DNA of 64,000 bases from an uncultured bacterium (lineage in GTDB: Bacteria > Krumholzibacteriota > Krumholzibacteriia > JACNKJ01), in NCBI GenBank assembly GCA_963695095.1, contig CAVOFT010000001.1, forward strand, positions 672,001-736,000, in the 5' to 3' direction. The position numbers were made by a program, and so were the translations under genes. The notes under the pieces were generated by a model that worked only from the letters and a program-made list of their open reading frames with translations, was not told where the DNA came from and did no database searches. How positions within the stretch are numbered: position 1 is the stretch's first letter; the number at the start of each line of letters is the position of its first letter. Shown here piece after piece: positions 20,602-30,503 of this stretch.

Positions 20602-22041
20602 CTAGTAGAGCGACTTGATGGCGCTGATGCTGCTGGCCTTAGTGGCCACGGCCTCACAGCCCACGGGTAAGGCGCCGATGAGTTCCCCGCAGGAGTTGTT
20701 GGCGGGGGCGCAAGGGGAGTCGCTCTGGAGGTAGTAGTTGGCGCTGCCCGCCACGCCGCAGAACTGCGGATCTGCGGAGATGTTGCCATCCAAGCCGAGC
20801 TGGTCGGCGTAGCAGTCGATCCAAGCATCCCCGGTAGGTGAATAAAGGTCGCAGCAGCTGAATGTCGGTTCGCCGAAGTGGCATTCAGCGGCGCGGACGC
20901 CTGGCTCAAGGATGAAGAGCGACCGCGAGACGTCTGCCTGCTCGCGGGCTGCTACCATGACCGACTGCCAAGCCTCCTGTCCAGCCACGAAGGTCGACTG
21001 AGATACCTCGAGCGCGGCGCCTACGACTTCAGTGCTCAGGTAGGGCCCAGGGCTCTGCACGAAATAGCAATCGCGGACTACAGCCGCCCCTTGGCTCCAA
21101 CTCGACAGGCTTGCGCCGCCCGTGGCGGCCGAGTTCGTGACGAAACGAGTACCCGTGATCGTGAGCGAGCCGGAGCCTTGCGCAATGGCACCTCCGTCGC
21201 CGTACGTCCAGTTGCCCTCGAAGCTGGAGCCCGTGATCGTCATGTCCGTGCTGCTGCTGTAGATCGCCCCTCCGGATCCGCCATAGTCATCGGTGCGGTT
21301 TCCAGTGAATTCGCAGCCCTCCACGGCGAGCCAGCAGTCGTATGCATAGATGGCTCCGCCCAGCGTGGATGCCTCCACGGCTCCACCTCGGTTGTCGATG
21401 AATCGAGTCGATGTGATATCTAGCGCGCAATTGCTTGCGCGAATCGCACCGCCATAGCCCGCCTGACCCTTCACCCCCGTGCCGAAGTTCTCGATGAATT
21501 CACATCGATCGATGAGAATCTCGGCGTCTTCGGCATTGATGCCACCACCCCCACTCGCCCCCCAGTTGGAGATGAAACGGCAGTTTGAGATGGCAAGACT
21601 GGCATTGCGAAGGTGGATTGCGCTTCCACCGCAGGACGCATGGGCGCAGCCTGCCCGAGTAAAGGTGATGCCCTCGATGCGACCAGGCGGAGAGGCGTTC
21701 CAGGAGCCGAGGGTGCCTCGCTCATGCTCACCATCGATGATGACACAGTTCGGATCGCCGGTTTCGCTGCGCAGCGTTGCACCGTGATAGAGCCAGAGGT
21801 AGTTCTCGTAGTAAGTCCCGCAGGCGACTAGCACGGTATCTTGGTTCATGGCGTGCGCAAGGGCCTGGGCAATCGTAGGGAAGTCCTCCGGTACGCGGAA
21901 CGCTGCACGGCAGGGCTGCCATGGCGCGAGGAGGAGCAGCAGGCTCCCAGCACAGAAGGGCAAGCGCCAGAAGCGGTGAAACACCCAGTGCGCTGAAGAG
22001 GCCCTGTCCGGCGATTGCCTCAAAGCTCGCGGCGTCTTCAT
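20602..22041 (-). CDS. Secreted right-handed beta-helix protein with C-terminal SSISAIKSLY tail
   Basis: VPEDFPTIAQA, GTYYE, GGAI/FxxN repeats, DPQFC..SPC..C..IGA cap; ATG after GAGGGGG. Confidence 0.8.
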   Translation of the reverse strand: MKTPRALRQSPDRASSAHWVFHRFWRLPFCAGSLLLLLAPWQPCRAAFRVPEDFPTIAQALAHAMNQDTVLVACGTYYENYLWLYHGATLRSETGDPNCVIIDGEHERGTLGSWNASPPGRIEGITFTRAGCAHASCGGSAIHLRNASLAISNCRFISNWGASGGGGINAEDAEILIDRCEFIENFGTGVKGQAGYGGAIRASNCALDITSTRFIDNRGGAVEASTLGGAIYAYDCWLAVEGCEFTGNRTDDYGGSGGAIYSSSTDMTITGSSFEGNWTYGDGGAIAQGSGSLTITGTRFVTNSAATGGASLSSWSQGAAVVRDCYFVQSPGPYLSTEVVGAALEVSQSTFVAGQEAWQSVMVAAREQADVSRSLFILEPGVRAAECHFGEPTFSCCDLYSPTGDAWIDCYADQLGLDGNISADPQFCGVAGSANYYLQSDSPCAPANNSCGELIGALPVGCEAVATKASSISAIKSLY

Positions 22042-22415
22042 CGTCGTCCCCCTCGGAAGCTCGCCTTGAGCGCTGCACTGGGACCGGGTCCCCAATGCGC
22101 GCACAATTAAGAGTAGGGGATCCGGCTGCACGAATCCAGTGGCGGGCGCCCCGCCTAACCTGCGTCCTGCGCTCTTGGGCAGCAGAATTCGGGCGCTGAG
22201 AGCAGGCCGAGCGAAACAGGATGCGTCGGTTTCGAATGTGGCACTCAGGACAGCGTGCGCGTTATGACGAGGACTCGCCGCCTAGGCACGTGCGCGGCTT
22301 TCCTCGGAATCGGCAACCTGCTATCCTCCGCGCGTCTGGCAAGGCAAGGGAGCAGGCGACAAGTCGGCGGGTGCGCTTCGTTTCCTTGATTCAGCTGCAA
22401 GTAGGGAGCGGCGCC

Positions 22416-22693
22416 ATGGCAGTCACCGTCCACATCCCTTCCGTGCTCCGCGGCTACTGCGAGGGCGCGAGCGCGCTGAGCCTCGACGCGCCCAGCGTGC
22501 GCGCCGCCCTTGCCGCGATCGCCGCGGCGCACCCGCGCCTGTACCGCAGCATCTGCGACGAGACCGGCGCCGTGCGCCGCCACCTCGAACGTGTTCGTGA
22601 ACACCGCCCACATCCGCGACCTGGACGGGACTCGACACGGCGCTCGCGCCCGGCGACGTCGTCACCATCCTGCCCGCGGTCTCAGGAGGTTGA
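22416..22693 (+). CDS. MoaD/ThiS-family ubiquitin-like protein (indels, probably sequencing error)
   Basis: Reconstructed MAVTVHIPSVLR..ICDETGAVRRHLNVFVN..IRDLDG..L.PGDVVTILPAVSGG-stop. Confidence 0.85.
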
Positions 22694-22695
22694 GC

Positions 22696-23817
22696 ATGGC
22701 CGAGCGCGTCGTCCTCTGCATCGGCACCAAGAAGGGTCTGTTCGTCGCCGAGGCGGCGAAGGGCCGCGGCGCCGCTTCGCGCTGCGCGGGCCCTTCGGCG
22801 CCGGCGTCCCCGTCTACTCGACGCTCATCGACACGCGCGGCACGCCGCGCTCTACGCCTCGAGCTGCAACCCCTTCTTCGGCATGAAGGTGCTGCGCTCG
22901 ACCGACCTGGGCAAGACCTTCAAGGAGACGAAGTCGGCGCCCGCGTTTCCCCAAGGACGACGGCCGCGCGCTCGCCAACATCTGGTCGCTCGAGCCCGGC
23001 GCCGGCAAGAAGGAGCTCTGGTGCGGCGTCGAGCCGGCCTCGCTCTTCCGCAGCGAGCGACGGCGGCGATTCCTGGGAGATGGTCGACGGGCATCAGCAA
23101 CCACGAGCACGCCCGCCAGTGGCAGCCCGGCAACGGCGGCCTGTGCATGCACACGATCCTGCGCGACGGCAATCGCGTGCACCTCGGCATCTCGACCGGC
23201 GGCCACTACCTGAGCGAGGACGGCGGCACGACCTTCGCGCCGTCCAACGAGGGCGTCGGCGCCGGCTTCGCGCCCGATCCCTATCCCGAGTTCGGCCAGT
23301 GCGTGCACAAGATCGCGCGGCCACAAGGACGCGCCCGGCCGGCTCTACATGCAGAACCACGGCGGCTGGGCCGAGTGGGACGGCCCCGGCGGCCCGCGGC
23401 CGGACATCGGCGTGCTGCGCAGCGACGACCACGGCCAGACCTGGCGCTCGATCGCCAAGGGCCTGCCCTCGGACTTCGGCTTCCCGATCGTCGTGCACCC
23501 GCACGACGCCGACACGGTCTACGTGCTGCCGCTCGAGCCGATGACGCGCACCTGCCCCGGCGGCGCGCCCGCGGTCTGGCGCAGCGAGAACGGCGGCGAC
23601 TCGTGGAGGCGGCTCGCGCAAGGGCCTGCCCGAAGAAGCGAGAGCTTCTTCACCGTCCTGCGCGACGCGATGGACATCGACGAGCTGAAGTCGCCGGCGC
23701 TCTACTTCGGCACCACGACCGGCCAGCTCTGGATCGGGCCGCGAGGGCGGCGAGGAGTGGGAGTGCCTCTTCGACTCGCTGCCGCCGATCCACTGCGTGA
23801 AGGTCGCGGTGGTCTGA
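22696..23817 (+). CDS. BNR/Asp-box repeat beta-propeller protein (sialidase-like fold; multiple indels)
   Basis: IGTKKGLF; Asp-boxes RSTDLGKTF, SEDGGTTF, RSDDHGQTW, RSENGGDSW; GQCVHK, QNHGG, GLPSDFGFP. Confidence 0.82.
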
Positions 23818-23896
23818 GCGGCCGCCGCGGCCGGCAAGGCCGCAGTTGCGTCACCCGGCCGGCGCGTCTACACTCGCGCCGAAAGGGAGGTGGAGC

Positions 23897-24601
23897 ATGG
23901 CGATCCTCAGGCAGGGTTCCCGCGGCGCTGCGGTGCGTGAAGTCCAGGAACTCCTGAACCGCCGCCTCGGCGGCGGCACGCGCCTGACCCCGGACGGCGA
24001 GTTCGGCGCCAGGACCCGCGCGGCTGTCCTGCGCTTCCAGCAGGAGAGCTGGCTCATCGCCGACGGCGAGGTGGGCCCCTGCACGCTGAACGCCCTCAAG
24101 GGCAGCGAGCGCTACGCCTACCTGCACCGCGTGCGGCTGGTGCCGCAGTGGACGCAGACCACCTGCTGGTCCGCGGCGACGGCGATGCTCACCGGCCAGC
24201 AGGCCTGCATGGCCGCCGGCCCGGCCACCGCCACGCAGGAAGTGGGCCTGCTCAACGACTCGGAGCTGGACGACCCGGCGAACATGCGCCGCTTCGCGGC
24301 CTACCATCGGCTGACCCTGGTTCCCGGCGCCACCTGGCTGCCGGACGGCCTCGCCAACTTCCTGAGCCGCGGCCCCATCATGATCAACACGCTCTGGGAC
24401 GTGGCCGGCTATGCCTCGCGGGCGGGCAGCCCCGGGCACATGCGCGTGGTCGCCGGGATCCGCGGCGACGGCACGCCGCAGGCAACGACCCTGCGCATCT
24501 ACGACCCCTGGCCGCCGATGCGGGGCACCATCGCCTCGTACAACTACGCGCGGCTCATCCGGGCCACGCCGCTGACGACCTACCAGATCCTGCACCGCTA
24601 G
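23897..24601 (+). CDS. Peptidoglycan-binding domain plus papain-like (C39/C70-like) cysteine peptidase
   Basis: LRQGSRGAAVREVQ..DGEFGARTRAAVLRFQ..DGEVGPCT; QWTQTTCWSAA, GHMRVVAG, IYDPWP. Confidence 0.75.
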   Translation: MAILRQGSRGAAVREVQELLNRRLGGGTRLTPDGEFGARTRAAVLRFQQESWLIADGEVGPCTLNALKGSERYAYLHRVRLVPQWTQTTCWSAATAMLTGQQACMAAGPATATQEVGLLNDSELDDPANMRRFAAYHRLTLVPGATWLPDGLANFLSRGPIMINTLWDVAGYASRAGSPGHMRVVAGIRGDGTPQATTLRIYDPWPPMRGTIASYNYARLIRATPLTTYQILHR

Positions 24602-24649
24602 GCCGGCGCGCCCGGCCCACCGGGCGCCCCCCGTCGCGCCGGCGGCGCG

Positions 24650-26033
24650 CTACTCGTGCGAGGCCACCGCCGCCTTCAGCGGCTTGCTCAGGGTCCAGAT
24701 CGCCATCCCGGCCGCGATGCCCAGCACGCAGAGCATGCCGAAGAAGGCCTCGCGCGGCATCTGCTCCCAGAAGGTGCCCAGGAAGCCCGACAGGTAGTTG
24801 CCGAAGAAGCTGGAGAGGAACCAGACGCCCATCATCATCGAGACGATGCGCGCGGGCGCCACCTTGGTCACCAGCGAGAGCCCGATCGGCGACAGGTACA
24901 GCTCCCCGATCGTGAGGATGAAGGTGGTGCTGAGCAGCCAGAGCACGCTGCGCCGCTCCTCGGGGCCCATGCCGCGCGAGCCGGCGATCATGATGAGGAA
25001 GGACGCGCCGAGCAGGAAGCAGCCGATCGCCATCTTGATCACGCTGCGCCGGCTCGCGCTTGCGCCCCGCCTGCCAGGCCCAGAACATGTTCAGCAGCGG
25101 CGCGAAGATGAAGATGATCATCGGGTTGAAGGCCTGATACCAGGTGGAGGGCACCTCGAAGCCGAAGAAGTTCCAGTTCGTGTTGCGGTCGGCCCAGAGC
25201 TGCATGGTGTTGCCCTGCTGCTCGTAGACGCCCCAGAAGACGATGTTGAGCCCGCAGAGCACGACCAGGGCCCAGACCCGCCGCCACTCGTCCTTCGAGA
25301 GCGGCCGCCGCTCCTGCTTGCGTTCCTCCTTGGTGCGGGCGATCACCTCGGGCGCCAGGAACTTGCGTCCCCACAGGTAGAGGATGAGGCCCAGCACCAT
25401 GCCCACGCCGGCGGCGCCGAAGCCGTAGTGCCAGCCGAGCCGCTGGCCCAGCGTGCCGCAGATCAGCGGCGAGAAGAAGGCGCCCAGGTTGATCCCCATG
25501 TAGAAGATCGTGAAGGCGCGGTCGCGCCGCGGGTCGCCGGGCGGGTAGAGGTCGCCCACCTGGGTGGAGATGTTCGGCTTGAAGGCGCCGTTGCCCATGA
25601 TGAGGAAGAGCAGGGCGATGAAGAAGAGGTTCTCCACGGCCATCAGGAAGTGGCCGATGGCCATCAGCGCCGCCCCGAGGACGACCGTCTTGCGCCGGCC
25701 CAGCCAGCGGTCGGCGAGGATGCCGCCGAAGAGCGGCGTCAGGTAGACGAAGGCCGTGTAGAGCCCGTAGATCTGCGAGGAGAGCGGCTGCGCCGCCAGC
25801 GGCCCGAAGATGGACTCGAGCGTGCCCTTGATCGCGTTGAAGCCCAGCACTTCCTGTCCCACGTCCGGGCGCAGGAAGAGATGATCCACCATGAACAGCA
25901 CGAGCAGCGAGCGCATGCCGTAGTAGGAGAAGCGCTCCCACATCTCCGTGAAGAAGAGGATGAAGAGCCCGGGCGGATGGCCGAGGAGGGTGCGGGGCTG
26001 CGTGGGCTGCGCGGCGGAGTCGTAGTAGGGCAT
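24650..26033 (-). CDS. Proton-dependent oligopeptide (POT/PTR) transporter (one indel near 25045)
   Basis: GHP.GL, EMWERFSYYGMR, FKPNIS, FYMGINLG, GELYLSPIGLS. Confidence 0.92.
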
Positions 26034-26271
26034 CGGCGCGCTCTCGGGGCTGGGGGTCGCGCCGGCGCCGGGGGGGCGCCGGTGGGCGGGCCCGCGCCAA
26101 CTGGCCGGCGCCGCGCTCCGGAGGCGGACGCTGCACCGCGGGCGCTGCCCCTGTCAAGCCGATTGACCGCCGCGACCCGCAGTTGCCAGACAGGGGCAGC
26201 GTGGCCTATGGTAGGGACTGCCCCCGGTCTTGCTGGGGAGCGTGGCGACAGCCGAAAGGAATCGAGCTGCC

Positions 26272-27507
26272 ATGTCCGCAATGCTCCTGATGATCCTGGG
26301 CGGCATCATCGCGCTGGGCTTCCTCGGCAACCTGTTCTCCGAGCGCACGCGGATGCCGGACCTGCTGCTGCTCATCGGCATCGGCCTCCTGATCGGCCCC
26401 ATTCTCGAGATCGTGCCGCCCGACAGCGTGCGCCCCTTCATGCCCGCCTTCGGCGCCATCGCGCTCACCATCATCCTCTTCGAGGGCGGTCTGGATCTGG
26501 ACCTGCGCCACACCATCCGCCAGGCCGGCCGCGCCATCCTGCTGGCCGTGCTCTCCTTCGGCATCGCCATGCTGCTGGGCTACTACGCCCTCTCGCTGGG
26601 CATGCAGAGGCACGACCGCATCGTCTGGGCCTTCGCGGCGGCCCTGGCCTGCACCAGCGCGCCCATCGTGATCCCCGTGCTGGCCCGCGTGCTGCCCGGC
26701 TCGCCGATGCGGCCCCTGCTGGCCGTGGAGTCGGCGCTCTCGGACGCCCTGGCCGTGATCGTCGTGCTGCTGCTCCAGCACTTCGAGGGCGTGCCCATCA
26801 GCGGCGTGGCCTTCGCCGGCAAGCTCGGCTGGTCCTTCCTGATCGGCGCGGTGACCGCGGTGATCGTGGGCCTGGGCTGGCTATGGCTCCTCAGCCGCTT
26901 CCACGAGCGGAAGTTCTTCTACCTGATGACCATCGGCGTCGTCTTCCTGATGATGGGCGGCGTCGAGCACTTCCACGGCAGCGGCGCCCTCGCCGTGCTG
27001 GTCTTCGGCATCCTGCTCGCCAACGGGCCCACCCTGGTCAGTCTCGTCAGCCGCGAGGAGGGCGAGCGCCTGCGCGACGCCGCCGGCGGCGGCGGCCGGG
27101 AGCTGCACGATCGCATCACGGAGTCCCACGCCGAGCTGTCCCTGGTCACCCGCACCTTCTTCTTCGTCTACCTGGGCATGATCTTCCGCTGGCCGGGCGA
27201 GGATCCGCGCATCTGGCTCAGCATCCTGCTCGTCATGGTGGGCCTGCTCGTCGGCCGCGAGATCGCCGTGCAGCTCGTCGGCTGGTCCACCCGCGTGGCC
27301 GCGCCCGGCCGCCGCGTCCTCAGCGTGATGCTCCCGCGCGGCCTCGCCACCGCCGTGCTGAGCGCCCTGCTCGTGGCGGGCCGCGACGGCGAGGCTCACT
27401 GGGAGACCATCGCCACCTTCGTGGTCGTGCTTACGAACATCTGGATGAGCATCCGGCTCCTCAAGCTGCGCGGAAGCGCGCCGGCGGTGGAGGAGGAAGC
27501 GCCATGA
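26272..27507 (+). CDS. Cation:proton antiporter (CPA1/NhaP-like)
   Basis: ILFEGGL, TSAPIV, ESALSD, FFFVYLG, PRGLATAVL; about 12 TM segments. Confidence 0.85.
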   Translation: MSAMLLMILGGIIALGFLGNLFSERTRMPDLLLLIGIGLLIGPILEIVPPDSVRPFMPAFGAIALTIILFEGGLDLDLRHTIRQAGRAILLAVLSFGIAMLLGYYALSLGMQRHDRIVWAFAAALACTSAPIVIPVLARVLPGSPMRPLLAVESALSDALAVIVVLLLQHFEGVPISGVAFAGKLGWSFLIGAVTAVIVGLGWLWLLSRFHERKFFYLMTIGVVFLMMGGVEHFHGSGALAVLVFGILLANGPTLVSLVSREEGERLRDAAGGGGRELHDRITESHAELSLVTRTFFFVYLGMIFRWPGEDPRIWLSILLVMVGLLVGREIAVQLVGWSTRVAAPGRRVLSVMLPRGLATAVLSALLVAGRDGEAHWETIATFVVVLTNIWMSIRLLKLRGSAPAVEEEAP

Positions 27508-28808
27508 AGCGAGTCTCGCCGACCACCGCCCCGCTCCTGCTGGCTCTCCTGTTGATCGCCGGTCCCGGCCGGGCGCTGGCTCCGGCGCCTGCCGACGAGC
27601 CGGCCGCCGAGCCCGTCGCCGCTGCGGAGACGACTGCGCCGGCCGACACCGCGCTCGTCGGCCCGCCCGCCCCGCAGCGCGCCCCGGTGCTGCTGGACGG
27701 GGTGCCCGTCTACTGGAGCGCGGCTCCCGACAGCGCCGCGGCCGTCGTGGCGGCGGACAGCATCCTCGTCGGCCTGCTCGACTGCCGCGCCCGCCTGCGC
27801 GACCTGGAGCGGCTGACCCTGGAGGAGCAGGATGCGGGCGCCGTCCTGCGCCTGGACAGCCTCACCCTGCTCGTCCTGCGGCCGGAGAATCGCGTGGACG
27901 AAGCGCGCTCGCCCCTGGCCAACGCCCTGGCTCTCCGCCGTCAACTCGTGCAGCCCCTGCTCGCCACCGGCGGCCGTGCCGAAGAGGAGCTGGCGCTGCG
28001 CCTCTTCCTCGGCATCGTCTTTCCGCTGCTCCTGCTCGTCGTGCTGCGCAGCACGCGCTACGGGCTGCGGCGCTGGGAGCTGCGCTGGCGAGGCCCCCTG
28101 CGCAAGGGCCTGGAGAGCCTCGCCGAGCAGCGCCGCTTCGACCTCTCGCCGGGGCGGATCCAGAACATCATCCGCGGGCTCACGGGCCTGGAGCGCCTGC
28201 TGACTTACGGCGTGATCGCCGCCCTCGTGTCCTTCCTCTGGTTCGCGATCTTCCCCGAGACGCGACCGCTGGCGATCACCCTGCTCAATCGGGGGCTGGG
28301 TCCGATTGTCGACCTGCTGGGCGCGACGGCGCGGGGATTCCTCGCGCTCGTCTACAGCCTGTTCATCCTGGCTCTAGCCTTCCTCACCAATCGCTGGCTG
28401 GGCGGCCACTGGCGGCGAGGTCCCACCGGCCCCCTCGGCGATCCCGCCGTGAACATCCCCCTGCGCACGGGCATCCTCTTGCTGGCGATCTTCCTGATCC
28501 TCTTTCCCTTCGCCGGCGCGCCCCGCCTGCTCGCGCTCGTCTTCCTGTTGCTGGTCGTCCTGGTCGCGCTCATCGCCCTGCGGCCCGTCTACGAGGAGAT
28601 CGCCTGCGGCATCTACCTCAACGCCACGCATACCCTGCGGGCCGGGGATCGCATCCTGCTCGAGGATGAACCGGAGGCGCTGGACATCGTCCGCCTGGGC
28701 CTGGCGCAGATCCTGGTGGCCGACGCCGACAGCGAGCGCTGGATACCCTACTCACGGCTGCTGAAGGCCAAGCTGGCCATCCAGCGGGGCGGGGGGCGGC
28801 GGCTGTGA
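27504..28808 (+). CDS. MscS-like mechanosensitive channel family protein
   Basis: Signal peptide, periplasmic domain, TM helices, then GIYL...LRAGDRI...IPYSRL; ATGA overlap. Confidence 0.6.
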   Translation: MKRVSPTTAPLLLALLLIAGPGRALAPAPADEPAAEPVAAAETTAPADTALVGPPAPQRAPVLLDGVPVYWSAAPDSAAAVVAADSILVGLLDCRARLRDLERLTLEEQDAGAVLRLDSLTLLVLRPENRVDEARSPLANALALRRQLVQPLLATGGRAEEELALRLFLGIVFPLLLLVVLRSTRYGLRRWELRWRGPLRKGLESLAEQRRFDLSPGRIQNIIRGLTGLERLLTYGVIAALVSFLWFAIFPETRPLAITLLNRGLGPIVDLLGATARGFLALVYSLFILALAFLTNRWLGGHWRRGPTGPLGDPAVNIPLRTGILLLAIFLILFPFAGAPRLLALVFLLLVVLVALIALRPVYEEIACGIYLNATHTLRAGDRILLEDEPEALDIVRLGLAQILVADADSERWIPYSRLLKAKLAIQRGGGRRL

Positions 28809-30490
28809 GCATGGCCGAGCAGGAGCGATTGCGCCGCCTCGATCGCGCCACTGCCCTGCTCGCCGCCTGCGCCATGGCCATGCTGCTGCTGCGCTACGGC
28901 TTTCCTGCGCTGGTGCTGCCGGGCTGGCTGGTTCAGGCCTGGAGCGCGCTGCTTCCCATCGGCCTGTTCACGGGATCCTTCGCCCGGCTGCTGGCGGTGC
29001 AGGATCCCCTCGGCTACATCCGGCGGAACCCGGTGCGCTACGCGGTGCTGCTGATGATCCTGCTCGAGCTCTCCGGTGTCGCCGGCTGGAGCGCGGGCGG
29101 CGGCTTGCGGCCGGCCAGCGCCTCGCTCCTCGCCGGCGAGGCCTACCTGGCCATTGCCCTGCTCGCCTTCGCGGGAAGCTGGGGCAGGGGGCTCCTGGCC
29201 GCCAATCGCTGGCTGGCGGACCGGCACATCCCCGTGCTGGCCCTGGCGCCGCTCGGCTTCGGAGTCGCCATCCTCGTCGGCGGCTTCCTGCTCTCCCTGC
29301 CGGGCATGCAGCGCCAGCCCATTCCCTGGCTCGATAGCCTGTTCACCGCGACCTCGGCGATCTGCGTCACCGGCCTCACGGTCTACGACATCTCCAGCGC
29401 GCTCAGCCCCGTGGGCCAGTTGCTGCTCGCCCTGCTCATCCAGCTCGGCGGCCTGGGGATCGTCACCCTGCTCGGGCTGCTCGCGCTCTGGAACGGCGGC
29501 GTGCTCACCGCCGGCGATCGCGTGGCCCTGAGCGCCCTGGCCGGGGGCCTCGAGCTCAAGACCACGCGCCGACTGCTGGGCACCCTGGCCCGGGTCTTCA
29601 TACTCGTCGAACTGCTGGGGGCCGCCCTGCTCTGGCTGCTCTGGCGCGGCGAGCATGCGCACGCGCTGCCCCTGGCCCTCTTTCACGCCATCAGCGCCTT
29701 CTGCAACGCGGGCTTCAGCCTCTTTGCGGATAGCTTCGCGGGCTTCGCGCAGGACACCGGCACGCTCGCGGTGATGATGGCGCTCATCGTCGCAGGCGGC
29801 ATCGGCGCCACGGTGATCGCCAACCTCGCCGGCTGGGCAGGCAGCCGCCTCCTGCCCTGGGCGCCGGACCAGCCCCTGCGCCGGGCCAGCCGTCTGGCCC
29901 TGGGCGTCTCGCTCGGCCTCATCCTGGCCGGCGGCCTGGCCTTCTGGCTCGATGCGCGATTGGCCGGCCGCAGCGCGTCCGTGCTCGCTGCGCTCTTCCA
30001 GTCCGTCACCACGCGCACGGCGGGCTTTCAGGTGGAGTCCCAGCTTCGCTTCGGCCTGCTGGGCTTCGGCTTCACGCTCGCGCTCATGGCCATCGGCGCC
30101 TCGGCCCAGTCCACGGGTGGCGGCATCAAGACCAACGTGCTCGCCCGCCTCTTCGGCCGCGTGGACGCCCGCGAGCCTGGCCGCAGCCACCTTGCCGGGC
30201 GGCCCTTCCGCATCGCACTGCTGCTCGTCGGCGGCTATCTGGCGATCGGCGCCGCGAGCGGGCTGCTCCTGATCGCCCTCGAGGGCGCGGGCGGGCGCGA
30301 TGCCTTCTTCGAGACCTTCTCGGCCTTGGGCACGGTGGGCCTCAGCCGTGATCTCACGTCCAAGCTCGGCGCCGGCGGCAAGTGGCTGCTGATCGCGCTG
30401 ATGTTCACCGGGCGCGTGCTCTACCCGACCTGGGTGCTGTACACGATCAGGGGCCGCAAGCCGGCCGAGGATGCTGTGGACTGGGTCTGA
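28805..30490 (+). CDS. TrkH/KtrB family potassium uptake membrane subunit
   Basis: Four filter motifs SAICVTGL, SAFCNAGF, TTRTAGF, SALGTVGLS; STGGGIK; MFTGRV. Confidence 0.9.
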   Translation: MSMAEQERLRRLDRATALLAACAMAMLLLRYGFPALVLPGWLVQAWSALLPIGLFTGSFARLLAVQDPLGYIRRNPVRYAVLLMILLELSGVAGWSAGGGLRPASASLLAGEAYLAIALLAFAGSWGRGLLAANRWLADRHIPVLALAPLGFGVAILVGGFLLSLPGMQRQPIPWLDSLFTATSAICVTGLTVYDISSALSPVGQLLLALLIQLGGLGIVTLLGLLALWNGGVLTAGDRVALSALAGGLELKTTRRLLGTLARVFILVELLGAALLWLLWRGEHAHALPLALFHAISAFCNAGFSLFADSFAGFAQDTGTLAVMMALIVAGGIGATVIANLAGWAGSRLLPWAPDQPLRRASRLALGVSLGLILAGGLAFWLDARLAGRSASVLAALFQSVTTRTAGFQVESQLRFGLLGFGFTLALMAIGASAQSTGGGIKTNVLARLFGRVDAREPGRSHLAGRPFRIALLLVGGYLAIGAASGLLLIALEGAGGRDAFFETFSALGTVGLSRDLTSKLGAGGKWLLIALMFTGRVLYPTWVLYTIRGRKPAEDAVDWV

Positions 30491-30503
30491 GCCGCGGCGC
30501 TAC

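Noticed and set aside
22696..23817. Sialidase annotation
   Set aside because: Asp-boxes indicate the fold only; no signal peptide or FRIP-type sialidase motif seen
24798..28808. 1336-aa ORF
   Set aside because: GC-rich shadow frame; only 27504-28808 is plausible coding sequence
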